Positions 42,408-52,019 are shown, counted from the first letter of the stretch. The stretch is 64,000 nt of DNA from an uncultured bacterium (GCA_963725235.1 CAVRXN010000002.1:378902-442901), one strand, 5' to 3'. The notes: generated from the letters alone by a model not told the origin. A program made the numbers and translations.

Positions 42408-43490
42408 ATGGCAAAGGCACGTGTAGCAATTAACGGTTTTGGGCGGATTGGTCGGTTGTTTTTCCGGCAGGCATTTGAGGCGAGCGACCTCGAGATCATC
42501 GCGATCAACGATTTGGGCGATGTCGAAAATTTGGCGTACCTTTTGAAATATGACAGCGTCTATGGCCGGTATGGAAAAGAAATCACGACGGTTGCCGCGA
42601 CGGCGGGAGAAAATGGCGCACCGGGAGCGCCGGGCAAGTTAATCGTCGACGGCAAAGAAATAAATTTCATCCAGGTCAAAGATCCGGCGCTGTTGCCGTG
42701 GAAGGATATGCAGATCGACATCGTCGTCGAGTCGACGGGATTGTTCGATGCGTACGACAAATCGAAGATTCATCTGACAGCCGGCGCGAAACGCGTCGTC
42801 ATAACGGCGCCCGCGCGCGACGAGGATGGTGAAGCGGGACAGACCGTGTTGAACGGCGTGAATGAAGACAACATGAAGCTCGCGTCGATAACGTCGAACG
42901 GTTCATGCACAACGAACTCAGCCTCGCCGGTTATCCAGGTTTTAGAAGAGGCGCTCGGTATTCAGAAAGCGATGCTTTCAACGGTTCATGCGTACACCTC
43001 GACGCAGTCGCTGATCGACAGTCCGATTCGACCGGGCAGCAAGGATTTCCGCAAAGGCCGCGCGGCGGCGCACAACACGGTGCCCGAAACGACCGGTGCG
43101 GCAATTTCCGTCGCCCGCGCGATTCCGTCGCTCCGCGGAAAGTTCGATGGCGTCTCATTCCGCATCCCGAACATCACCGGTTCGATTTCGAGCTTGGCGA
43201 TTTTGACGAAACGCCCGACAACGGTGGATGAGATTAAAAAAATGTTAACTGATGCAGCGGCAAGCCCCCGCTGGCAGGGGATTTTGAAAGTGACGAACGA
43301 CCAGCTCGTTTCATCCGACATCGTCGGCGAGCCGTATGGCGCGATTGTTCCACTCGATCTAATTAAAGTTGTCGACGGCGATTTGATCAATGTTTTGTCG
43401 TGGTACGACAATGAGGCAGGGTACGTGTCGACACTGATCAAGCACGTCGAGAAAGTATCCGCACTAACAGCGATACCAACACCGGCATAA
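42408..43490 (+). CDS. gap: Glyceraldehyde-3-phosphate dehydrogenase
   Basis: INGFGRIGR, SNGSCTTNS (catalytic Cys) and WYDNEAGY. Confidence 0.95.
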   Translation: MAKARVAINGFGRIGRLFFRQAFEASDLEIIAINDLGDVENLAYLLKYDSVYGRYGKEITTVAATAGENGAPGAPGKLIVDGKEINFIQVKDPALLPWKDMQIDIVVESTGLFDAYDKSKIHLTAGAKRVVITAPARDEDGEAGQTVLNGVNEDNMKLASITSNGSCTTNSASPVIQVLEEALGIQKAMLSTVHAYTSTQSLIDSPIRPGSKDFRKGRAAAHNTVPETTGAAISVARAIPSLRGKFDGVSFRIPNITGSISSLAILTKRPTTVDEIKKMLTDAAASPRWQGILKVTNDQLVSSDIVGEPYGAIVPLDLIKVVDGDLINVLSWYDNEAGYVSTLIKHVEKVSALTAIPTPA

Positions 43491-43495
43491 GGACT

Positions 43496-43948
43496 ATGAC
43501 TATCTATCTCGGCGCCGACCATCGCGGATTCGCACTTAAGGAAAAGATTAAAGCTTTATTAACCGGAGACGCATATGACGTTGTTGATCTTGGCGCAGCT
43601 ACACTTAATCCAAGCGATGACTATCCGGATTACGGGAAAGCGGTTGCCGAAGCTGTCGGAAAAAATCTGGGATTAAACGAAGATAACGACGGCGACCGCG
43701 GCGTTATTATCTGCGGATCAGGCATCGGCATCGATATTGCAGCGAATAAATTTCCAGGCATCCGCTCGGCGCTCGCATCCGTTCCTGACCAAATATACGC
43801 CGCGCGACATGACGATAATGTAAATATTCTCGCGCTTGCCGCAGATTTTACGGATGAGGAAACGGCGATAAAACTTGTTAAAACATTCCTTTCGACGCCG
43901 TTCGCGAAAGAAGAGCGATACCGACGACGGATCGGTAAAATGATATAA
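43496..43948 (+). CDS. rpiB: Ribose-5-phosphate isomerase B
   Basis: IYLGADHRGF and ICGSGIGIDIAANKFPGIRSA. Confidence 0.9.
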   Translation: MTIYLGADHRGFALKEKIKALLTGDAYDVVDLGAATLNPSDDYPDYGKAVAEAVGKNLGLNEDNDGDRGVIICGSGIGIDIAANKFPGIRSALASVPDQIYAARHDDNVNILALAADFTDEETAIKLVKTFLSTPFAKEERYRRRIGKMI

Positions 43949-43955
43949 TACAATC

Positions 43956-44342
43956 ATGGCGCTTATACTACTGGTCGATGATGAAGAAGAATTTTTGGAA
44001 ATCGCGTCACTGAAATTAAAAGGCAAAGGCTTTGAAACCATGACGACAACCGATGGGCGTATAGCCCTCGCGAAAGCCGAAGAGCTCCAGCCGGCGCTTG
44101 TATTAAGCGATATTTTCATGGTTCCCGGACCGAGCGGCTGGGAACTCGCGCTTGAACTCCATCGTAATCCAAAAACACGCGCGATCAAGCTCGCTTTTTT
44201 CACCAGCTTGCGCAACCCATGGGCGGAGATCCCAGTTGAAGCGCGGGATAAAGTCGCCGCTGAGCTTGGGCATCCGGTTTTTTTAAGCAAAGTTGATGAC
44301 GTGGAAAGATTGGGGGAGAGGGTGGGTAGCTTGCTGAATTAA
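43956..44342 (+). CDS. Receiver-only response regulator
   Basis: ILLVDDEEE, acceptor Asp in LVLSDIFMVP, FFTS and LSKV. Confidence 0.8.
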   Translation: MALILLVDDEEEFLEIASLKLKGKGFETMTTTDGRIALAKAEELQPALVLSDIFMVPGPSGWELALELHRNPKTRAIKLAFFTSLRNPWAEIPVEARDKVAAELGHPVFLSKVDDVERLGERVGSLLN

Positions 44343-44343
44343 T

Positions 44344-45393
44344 ATGGACGATATCGCCCACCTGACTGAATTTGATAACCATGAGTTGGTCTCACTTATG
44401 GTTGATGAAATAACTGGCCTTTACGGATTTATCGCTATACACAATATCAATCTTGGTCCGGCTGTCGGAGGAACACGTTACTGGAACTATTCGAGCGAAC
44501 ATGAGGCATTGAAAGACGTTCTTCGATTATCCCGGGCTATGACTTATAAATGCGCGCTTGCGGGAGTTCCATATGGTGGTGGGAAGGCAGTCATCATCGG
44601 CAATCAAAAAACGGTAAAAGATGACAAATTTTTAAAAGCATACGGCGGGAAAATTAATTTATTAAGAGGAGGATTTTTTACCGGTGAAGATGTTGGCATC
44701 AATCAAACTGATGTTGATAAAATAGCAAATTACTCTCCGTATATTATCGGCCATAAACGTCTAGCGGGTGATCCAAGCCCATGGGCAGCGCTTGGCGTAT
44801 TCAACGCACTTCTCGCATCGGTAAAAGAAGTTTTTGGCAGCAACGATCTTCGAAATCGAACTATTGCAATCAAGGGACTGGGCAAAGTTGGTTTTCATTT
44901 GGCGCAGCTCATTGCGGAACAGGGAGGGGTAATTACTGCGGCAGATATTAACCCAGAAGCTGCACGGGCAGCCGCCAAAAAAATAAAGGGTCTTAAAATT
45001 GTCGATCCAAAAGAAATCTATCGACAAAAAGTGGATGTGTATAGTCCTAATGCTCTGGGTGCTGAAATAAGCGAACATACGATGAATGGCCTACGGTGCC
45101 ATATTATTTGTGGTGGCGCGAACAATCAGTTGCAATCGGATGCTTACGGTGGCGTATTGCAACGCCTCGGAATTCTTTATATCCCAGATTATATCGCCAA
45201 CGCTGGTGGACTTATTAATGTTATTGATGAATTGGACAAAAAGGGATATTCGAAAGAACGTGTAAAGCGAAAGGTGCTGGAAATACGGAAAACGGTAAGC
45301 AGGATCATAGAGTTGTCAAAAGAAAAGAAAAAACCAACCAACCAAATTGCTGACGAATTGGGGCGTCAAATATTCCATGCAACAAAAGGATAA
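44344..45393 (+). CDS. Glu/Leu/Phe/Val dehydrogenase family enzyme (leucine dehydrogenase-like)
   Basis: GPAVGGTRYW, YGGGKAVI (catalytic Lys) and the Rossmann motif GLGKVG. Confidence 0.9.
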   Translation: MDDIAHLTEFDNHELVSLMVDEITGLYGFIAIHNINLGPAVGGTRYWNYSSEHEALKDVLRLSRAMTYKCALAGVPYGGGKAVIIGNQKTVKDDKFLKAYGGKINLLRGGFFTGEDVGINQTDVDKIANYSPYIIGHKRLAGDPSPWAALGVFNALLASVKEVFGSNDLRNRTIAIKGLGKVGFHLAQLIAEQGGVITAADINPEAARAAAKKIKGLKIVDPKEIYRQKVDVYSPNALGAEISEHTMNGLRCHIICGGANNQLQSDAYGGVLQRLGILYIPDYIANAGGLINVIDELDKKGYSKERVKRKVLEIRKTVSRIIELSKEKKKPTNQIADELGRQIFHATKG

Positions 45394-46840
45394 AAGCTTA
45401 ACCTGGGAGAAAGAACGTAAACGAAATGCGCTCGAGCTATTTCATAAAGCAGCGCACGAAGTTCCGGCGTATAAAGATTTCTTGAGAAAGAATAAAATTA
45501 ATCCGACAAAGATCAAGACCTTTGCCGATTTCCAATTCGTACCTCCAGTTAATAAGAAAAATTATTTGCGACAATATCCGCCCGACAAATTGGTTTGGGG
45601 AGGCAAGCTCAGCAATGCAACTGTCTGGACGTCCACTTCAGGTTCTACCGGAGAACCATTTTATTTCCCGCGGACAGAGATGCTGGACAAACAATATTCT
45701 GTTTTAGCAGAAACATTCTTAAATGACAGTTCGTATGGCATCGAAAAGCCAACGCTCGTCATCGTCGGATTTGGTATGGGTGTCTGGATTGGCGGCATCT
45801 TAACTTATAAAGCATTCGAGATTGCAAGCCAGCGGGTAAAACAAGTTGTGTCTATCATAACGCCGGGAATCAATAAAGGTGAAATTTTTCATGCGCTGAA
45901 ATCACTTTCGCCGCGATTTGGTCAAACGATACTGATCGGCTATCCGCCATTTATTAAAGATGTCCTTGAGGAAGCACCTGTGCAGGGGATTGATCTTAAA
46001 AAACTTCATATCCGTCTCTTGTTTGCAGCAGAAGCATTTACCGAATCCTTTCGCGATTACCTAGCAAAGCAAGTAGGTATAAAAAACGTATATCGCGACA
46101 CGCTGAATATTTATGGTACCGCTGACATTGGTGCAATGGCATCCGAAACGCCAACAAGCATTCTTTTGCGCCGGCTTGCATTAAAGAATAACCATCTATT
46201 TGAAACACTCTTCACTAAAATAACCAAAACTCCGACGGTCGCACAATATAATCCGACGTTTATAACATTCGAGGCTCCTGAAGGTGAAATCCTATTGACC
46301 GGGAACAATACGCTACCGTTGATTCGCTATGCCGTCGGAGATCATGGTGGTATCTTTTCGATGGATGAGATGCGGGAAAAGCTCACCCAACATGAGATGG
46401 ATTTTGCAGCTGTAGCGCGACGCGTGCATGCGCCAATTAATGAAATGCCGTTCGTGTATGTCTATGAGCGCAGCGACTTCTCAGTCAAATTGTATGGTGC
46501 AATTATTTACCCTGAACACATCCGCGAAGCCCTTGCTCATCCAGCCCTGCAAACCTTCGTTACCGGTAAATTCACCATGATGACAAAATTTAATAAAAAG
46601 GAAGATGAATATTTGGAGATTGCCATAGAAATGAAACGCGGGAAGAAAGTATCAAAGTCCTTCACGCAAAAGATACAGCATCATATCGTTGAATCACTAT
46701 TAAAACGGAACGCCGAATATCGCAATAATTACCATTCCATGCCGCATAAAGTAACTCCCACCATCGTTTTGTGGAACTATGAAGATCCGCTTTATTTCCG
46801 CCCCGGCATAAAACAAAAATGGGTATTGAAGCCAATTTGA
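45377..46840 (+). CDS. Adenylate-forming ligase, phenylacetate-CoA ligase / F390 synthetase (PaaK/CapK)-like
   Basis: TSTSGSTGEPFYFP (AMP-binding P-loop-like motif) and an N-terminal AYKDFL...F..VP..K..Y pattern. ATG 45377 overlaps the upstream gene by 17 nt. Confidence 0.7.
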   Translation: MQQKDKSLTWEKERKRNALELFHKAAHEVPAYKDFLRKNKINPTKIKTFADFQFVPPVNKKNYLRQYPPDKLVWGGKLSNATVWTSTSGSTGEPFYFPRTEMLDKQYSVLAETFLNDSSYGIEKPTLVIVGFGMGVWIGGILTYKAFEIASQRVKQVVSIITPGINKGEIFHALKSLSPRFGQTILIGYPPFIKDVLEEAPVQGIDLKKLHIRLLFAAEAFTESFRDYLAKQVGIKNVYRDTLNIYGTADIGAMASETPTSILLRRLALKNNHLFETLFTKITKTPTVAQYNPTFITFEAPEGEILLTGNNTLPLIRYAVGDHGGIFSMDEMREKLTQHEMDFAAVARRVHAPINEMPFVYVYERSDFSVKLYGAIIYPEHIREALAHPALQTFVTGKFTMMTKFNKKEDEYLEIAIEMKRGKKVSKSFTQKIQHHIVESLLKRNAEYRNNYHSMPHKVTPTIVLWNYEDPLYFRPGIKQKWVLKPI

Positions 46841-46855
46841 TATAATAAGAAGATG
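46841..46855 (+). promoter_or_regulatory. -10 box abutting the start codon (TATAAT-N6-ATG)
   Basis: Hexamer at 46841-46846, directly after the upstream TGA. ATG at 46853. Confidence 0.4.
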
Positions 46856-48040
46856 GATGGAATACTTGAAGAAAAATTAACTACCACGCACGGAAGCTCG
46901 CAACCTGAATTGTTTGACCTTGCCCAGGAAAAAGATATAAATCACCTGAGCCAGCTATTCGAGGCGCACGTTATCCAGAATGTTGCCGACGATTATGAGG
47001 AACAGATACGCGAATTGTTTGCCATTAATAATCCATCGCTCGTCTACACACCCGCGTTCAAAGAGCAAACAGAAGCTCATCTTGCCGATCTAAAGAGAGA
47101 AAAACCATTGTGGCAACAAGGCCGCTGGGTTTTTTATCCATGGCTTTCGACGATTGTGCATATTCTTACCGACGAGGACTTCCAAAAGGTCCGTACGGCG
47201 CGAAATAAAAATCTTATTAATGCAGACGAGCAAGAAAAATTTTATAATGCAGTTATTGGTATCGGCGGTCTGAGCGTCGGCAATAATGTGGTTCTTGCAA
47301 TTGTCCAACAGGGAGGGGGGGAACATTTTCGGATCGCAGACTTCGATCAATTGGCGCTGACGAACATAAACCGTATCCGCGCCGGAGTTCAAAATCTTGG
47401 CCTGCTAAAAACTGAGATGACCGCACGGCAAATTTATGAATTGAACCCGTATGCAGAAGTGGAGATTTTTTCAGACGGCCTTATGAAAGAAAATCTGGAA
47501 AAGTTTTTCGCCGGGCCGCCAAAGCTGGATGTTGTCATTGACGAACTCGACAGCTTGGGCGTAAAACTTCTTATCCGTGAACAGGCCAAAAAATATGGCG
47601 TACCTTTGGTAATGGCTGCAGATAACGGGGACAACGCAGTTGTTGATGTTGAACGATATGATAAAGATCCCAATCTGCCGTTCTTTCAAGGCAGACTTGG
47701 AAATGTTACGTACGAGGAATTGACTTCACTCGATAAATTCGGGATCGGCAAAACTATTACGAAACATATCGGGCCTGAAAACATTACATCCCGAATGCAA
47801 CAATCTCTACTTGAAATGGGCAAAACCATTGTCTCGTGGCCTCAGCTTGGAGGTGCGGCATGGTTGAATGGAGCCGCAGTCGCTTATTGTGTCAGAAAGA
47901 TTGTGAATGGTGAACCTGTAGAATCGAACCGAGCCCTGATATCGCTCGACGAAAAACTTATTCCCGAATACAACTCTCCGGCTGCGGTGAAAGAGCGGGC
48001 CGATGTCGCGGATGCGTTCAGGAAAATGTTTGGGTTGTAA
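46853..48040 (+). CDS. E1-like (ThiF/MoeB/HesA family) adenylyltransferase with a ~130-aa N-terminal extension
   Basis: VIGIGGLSVGNNV (GxGxxG), ADFDQLALTNINRIRAG (NxNR arginine finger region) and VIDELDS...K. Confidence 0.7.
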   Translation: MDGILEEKLTTTHGSSQPELFDLAQEKDINHLSQLFEAHVIQNVADDYEEQIRELFAINNPSLVYTPAFKEQTEAHLADLKREKPLWQQGRWVFYPWLSTIVHILTDEDFQKVRTARNKNLINADEQEKFYNAVIGIGGLSVGNNVVLAIVQQGGGEHFRIADFDQLALTNINRIRAGVQNLGLLKTEMTARQIYELNPYAEVEIFSDGLMKENLEKFFAGPPKLDVVIDELDSLGVKLLIREQAKKYGVPLVMAADNGDNAVVDVERYDKDPNLPFFQGRLGNVTYEELTSLDKFGIGKTITKHIGPENITSRMQQSLLEMGKTIVSWPQLGGAAWLNGAAVAYCVRKIVNGEPVESNRALISLDEKLIPEYNSPAAVKERADVADAFRKMFGL

Positions 48041-48054
48041 GATTGAGGCCGTTT

Positions 48055-48651
48055 TTATTGTTTCCTTGCGATGATATGAAAGATATGTATGTGTAGCGGT
48101 TTTAAAGAAAGGGTTGTGTAATCATTTTTTTCTTGCTCAAACAGTTCAATGATTTCCATATCTGATAGCAATGCTTCTACCTCTGTCTTTTTTTGAAAAA
48201 TGATACTTCGCGACGGAGTATTCCTTTCGTCACGCTCTCCAAAAAGTTGACCTACAAAAATACCATCTTTTACGAGTGATTGTTTTATTTTTGCAAATAT
48301 AGAGTCAAAATTTTTTTTGGAAGAAAAAGGTAATGCATATTGGGCATTCACAATATCATATCGATCCTCAGGAAATTCGAAATCTTCGAAAGACGAAATA
48401 ATATAAGAGAAACGATCAGTTCGTAGTTCCAATGCTATTTCTTTGGCGACAGGCTCTTTATCGACTGCCGTGACATGGCGAAATCCTTCTTCCAATAGAT
48501 ATTTGGTATCATTCAGTGCGCTTGCACCAAGATCGAGCGCCTCATCTTGTCGAAGAACATAAGCCAGAGCTTTCACTAAAAGCTCCCGAGGTGCTTGTCC
48601 TTTTGTCTTTTTAAAATATTCTTGCCAAGAATTATCAAAGCTTTTTTTCAT
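48055..48651 (-). CDS. Class I methyltransferase-like protein (TehB-like fold, degenerate SAM motif I)
   Basis: ALDLGASALNDTKYLLEEGFRHVTAVD occupies the place of DLGCGxGxN...V.AVD. DIVNAQYALPF and LVKDGIFV are also present. Confidence 0.55.
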   Translation of the reverse strand: MKKSFDNSWQEYFKKTKGQAPRELLVKALAYVLRQDEALDLGASALNDTKYLLEEGFRHVTAVDKEPVAKEIALELRTDRFSYIISSFEDFEFPEDRYDIVNAQYALPFSSKKNFDSIFAKIKQSLVKDGIFVGQLFGERDERNTPSRSIIFQKKTEVEALLSDMEIIELFEQEKNDYTTLSLKPLHIHIFHIIARKQ

Positions 48652-48739
48652 GCGTAAACTAATTTTATATTAATTTTAATTTTCTTATAACATAAACGAG
48701 TAAGGGACTCTCCTTGCGGTTAGTCCCTTGGTCGTTGAA

Positions 48740-49216
48740 TCATGCGAAAGCAGGATTCATGAATTCTGTGCAATGCGTTATCTTGCCGCAAGCGCAGCAG
48801 CAGGTAACGTTCTCTTCGAGTCGCATCAGGTCGTGCCGTAGGTTTTTCCCGAATGTCGCCTCGAGTCGTCTTAACGCATAGTTGGCGTAGACCCGCTTCG
48901 CTTCCTGGGAATTTGCAAGATCCGCCGGATCGTGATCGACGAATCGTCCTGCGAATTCTTCACAAAATTCACGATAGAACTGCGTATTCAATACAAAGCT
49001 ATGCCAGATGCGATCCACTGATTGAAGCATTTGGATCGGTTGTGTTGCTTCCGGGACGAGCGAAAACCATTGCAGAAACGCATCCAAAAGTTCCTTGGCG
49101 CGCTTCTTTGATTTTACGTCGCATTCACGCATGGCGGTTTCGAGGATGGGAGAATAATCTCGTGCCCTCTTCATCTTCCGATACAATCGATAGGTTCTTT
49201 TGTCAAGATCCGTCAT
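48740..49216 (-). CDS. Hypothetical protein (resembles glycine-rich-domain / COG4278-type proteins)
   Basis: VDRIWHSFVLNTQFYREFCEEFAGRFVDHDP and a C-terminal CCCACG...C cluster. AGGAGG lies 8 nt upstream of the ATG. Confidence 0.5.
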   Translation of the reverse strand: MTDLDKRTYRLYRKMKRARDYSPILETAMRECDVKSKKRAKELLDAFLQWFSLVPEATQPIQMLQSVDRIWHSFVLNTQFYREFCEEFAGRFVDHDPADLANSQEAKRVYANYALRRLEATFGKNLRHDLMRLEENVTCCCACGKITHCTEFMNPAFA

Positions 49217-49289
49217 CTAGACACCCTCCTGAGGTGCTTTCGTTAGTATGGCATATATAAAATAGACGTCAAATCTTTATAAAATCTGC

Positions 49290-49304
49290 TATACTGAAAA
49301 CATG
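49290..49304 (+). promoter_or_regulatory. -10 box abutting the start codon (TATACT-N6-ATG)
   Basis: Hexamer at 49290-49295, ATG at 49302. Confidence 0.4.
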
Positions 49305-50336
49305 AACCCAAATTATCGCGCCTGGGATGTTCCCTTTGATGCTTTTCCTCTCGGGGAAACTGAAATGGATAAGTTAAAATTTTTACTCCGTTTTGCTATA
49401 CTGGCACCTTCTGGACATAATACGCAACCTTGGAATTTTTCGATCACTAGAAATGAGATTTCACTTTTAGTGAATCGTGAACGCTCGCTTGAAGGAAGTG
49501 ATCCGCATAGACGTCAACTTTTGATTGCTTTCGGATGCATGATCGAAAATTTATTTATTTCTGCAAATCATTACGGCTACGAAGCTAATATTAACTATTT
49601 TCCCAATTCGCAAAATCATGATCTGATTGCCAAGATTTCTATTGTTGAGAGCAGTGGAAATCATAAAAACAATAACAATGATTTATTTTTTGCAATTTCT
49701 GCGCGCCATACGAATCGGGGAAAATATCTCGACCGATCACTGCCGGAGAATTTTCTTCAACGCATCGAGCGATACGAAGAAAAAGATTTAAAAATTTCTA
49801 TCGTCACAGATAATGCTCAAAAACATATCATCGCTGACATCATCAATGAGGCGCAGATCGAAACTATGGATAGTTCAGAATTCCGCGAAGAACTCTCGCA
49901 GTATATTAAATCTAGTTTTACTCGGGAAACTACTGGCATGCCTGGTTTTGTATTAGAGATTCCTGCGCCAATATCTCTTTTTGCTTCTCGCTTAATAAAA
50001 AAGATAAATCTTTCTCGGAAGAGCCGAAAGAAAGATGATGCCTTACTTAAACAATATACCCCGGCCGCTTTCATAATTATTAGTTCGCGAGATAATGACC
50101 GAGGAAGTTGGCTTGCGGCTGGAAGATTATTCGAGAAATTATGGCTCACTGCTACGGCTGAAGGGTTAAATTGCTCACCGATGGCCGCAGCAATACAATC
50201 CCCAATATATAATAAGAGGCTTCGGGAATCTCTCGGTATCGATTTCGAGCCCCAGGTTTTTTTTCGCATCGGTTATGGGCGGAGACAGTTTCACCATAGC
50301 CCTCGATTTTCCGTGGAAGAACTTTTAAAAAAATAG
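49302..50336 (+). CDS. Acg-family (tandem nitroreductase-fold) putative FMN-binding oxidoreductase
   Basis: LRFAILAPSGHNTQPWNF, ISARHTNRG and ~340 aa in two nitroreductase-like halves. Confidence 0.7.
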   Translation: MNPNYRAWDVPFDAFPLGETEMDKLKFLLRFAILAPSGHNTQPWNFSITRNEISLLVNRERSLEGSDPHRRQLLIAFGCMIENLFISANHYGYEANINYFPNSQNHDLIAKISIVESSGNHKNNNNDLFFAISARHTNRGKYLDRSLPENFLQRIERYEEKDLKISIVTDNAQKHIIADIINEAQIETMDSSEFREELSQYIKSSFTRETTGMPGFVLEIPAPISLFASRLIKKINLSRKSRKKDDALLKQYTPAAFIIISSRDNDRGSWLAAGRLFEKLWLTATAEGLNCSPMAAAIQSPIYNKRLRESLGIDFEPQVFFRIGYGRRQFHHSPRFSVEELLKK

Positions 50337-52019
50337 ATGTCTACCATCACCAACATCGATCTCTTCGCTGTAGGTATCGTAGCGGCCGCAAGTTTAATTT
50401 TAGGCATCGCGGTTTTCATTAGTAATCGAAAAAGTGTAACTAGCACACTCTTTTTATTTTTTGTACTAATGAGTGTTGCTTGGAGTATCGTTAATTATCT
50501 TAGCTACCAAACTAACGATCTCGATTTCAAGTTATGGACAATTCGACTTGTATTATTCTTTGCGGCATTTTTTGTCCTTTCGTTCTTCATGCTTATGAAA
50601 ACATTTCCTGAGGAAAAAATGGATATGTCATGGAGTGCAAGATGGATTTTATTAGGGATAACCTCTGCCGTCGCGTTTTTCAGCCTTTCTCCATACGTCT
50701 TCCCAGACGTCATTCTAAGCCCAACTAGTCAGATAGCTCAGCCAGTGCCAGCATTTGGCATAGGAATATTTGGAATATTTGTAGTCTCGCTGATTATTGC
50801 TGGTATCGTGTCTCTAGTTAAAAAAATGAGAAGTGCTGAAACTCATCTAGCAAAAGTGCAGTTCGGCTATCTTTTGATTGGAGTGACGATAATGTTTGCG
50901 TTAATCATAGTTTTCAATTTTCTTTTTCCGGTCATTCTGCAGGATTCAAGATTTGTACCACTCGCTCCCATTTTCATTTTTATATTCATCGCATGTACCG
51001 CCTACGCCATTTTTAAGCATCACCTTTTAAACGTAAAGGTTATCACGACGGAGATTTTGGCCTTTTTGCTTACGGTGGCAACTTTTTCAGAAATAATATT
51101 TTCACAAACTTTGGTTGAAGTTTTATTTAGGGTTGGCGAATTCATCTTGGTCCTAATTTTCAGCCTACTCCTCATTAAAAGCGTATTAAAAGAGGTGGAG
51201 CAGCGTGAAGAGCTCGAACGCCTCAACAAACAAATCAATGAACAGAACGCCAAACTCGAAGATCTCTCGCACTTTAAGTCAGAGCTGCTCTCGCTTGCGT
51301 CACATCAGATAAAATCACCACTCGCGGCGATCAAGGGTTTTGCATCGCTGATCGGCGAAGGTTCGTATGGCGAGGTTGGCGCGCCCGTTAAAGAAGCGAT
51401 CGGTAAAATTCAAAAATCGGCGGATGGCCTGATCGGCCTCATCAACACGCTCCTCGACGTCCGCAAAGTCGAGGAGGGCAAGATGGAATACAAGTTCGAG
51501 CGGACGGACTTGAACGCGATGGTCGCCGGCTTTATGGATTTACTCAAACCGCTCGCGGATCAGAAGAAGCTCGAATTTACATTCGTCTCGCCGCGCGACA
51601 CCGATGGCAAACCGAAGCCAGTCTGGGTGAACGCCGATCCGGAGAAGTTAAAGCAGGTCGTCCAAAATCTTACGGATAACGCGATCAAATACACACCGAG
51701 TGGATTTGTTAAAGTTACATTAAAAGAAGGGCCGCCAGTTCCGGGCGCAGCAAACGCCGATGCAAATACAGCCGGCGCAATCGGCACCGCCACCGTCTCC
51801 GTCAACGACTCAGGCCTCGGCGTCGCCGCCGACCTGATCCCGCATCTCTTCGAGGAGTTCGTCCGCGATGAGCGCGTCAAAAAAGAAATCCGCGGCACCG
51901 GCCTCGGATTGTATATCGCGCGGAAGATCGCCGAAGCGCACGGCGGCAAAATCTGGGCCGAGTCACCCGGCGAAGGCAAGGGAAGCACGTTTAGCGTCAG
52001 CGTGCCGGAAATTAAATAA
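50337..52019 (+). CDS. Sensor histidine kinase with a multi-pass membrane N-terminal sensor region
   Basis: About 8 TM helices, a coiled coil, the H-box LASHQIKSPLAAI, the N-box NLTDNAIKYTP, and GTGLGLYIARKIAEAHGG. The ATG follows the upstream TAG with no gap. Confidence 0.9.
   Translation: MSTITNIDLFAVGIVAAASLILGIAVFISNRKSVTSTLFLFFVLMSVAWSIVNYLSYQTNDLDFKLWTIRLVLFFAAFFVLSFFMLMKTFPEEKMDMSWSARWILLGITSAVAFFSLSPYVFPDVILSPTSQIAQPVPAFGIGIFGIFVVSLIIAGIVSLVKKMRSAETHLAKVQFGYLLIGVTIMFALIIVFNFLFPVILQDSRFVPLAPIFIFIFIACTAYAIFKHHLLNVKVITTEILAFLLTVATFSEIIFSQTLVEVLFRVGEFILVLIFSLLLIKSVLKEVEQREELERLNKQINEQNAKLEDLSHFKSELLSLASHQIKSPLAAIKGFASLIGEGSYGEVGAPVKEAIGKIQKSADGLIGLINTLLDVRKVEEGKMEYKFERTDLNAMVAGFMDLLKPLADQKKLEFTFVSPRDTDGKPKPVWVNADPEKLKQVVQNLTDNAIKYTPSGFVKVTLKEGPPVPGAANADANTAGAIGTATVSVNDSGLGVAADLIPHLFEEFVRDERVKKEIRGTGLGLYIARKIAEAHGGKIWAESPGEGKGSTFSVSVPEIK

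Noticed and set aside
44344-51250. Calling the low-GC island a mobile element, prophage or ICE
   Set aside because: I could see no integrase, transposase, phage gene, flanking direct repeat or adjacent tRNA. Only the composition and the chimeric kinase suggest horizontal origin.
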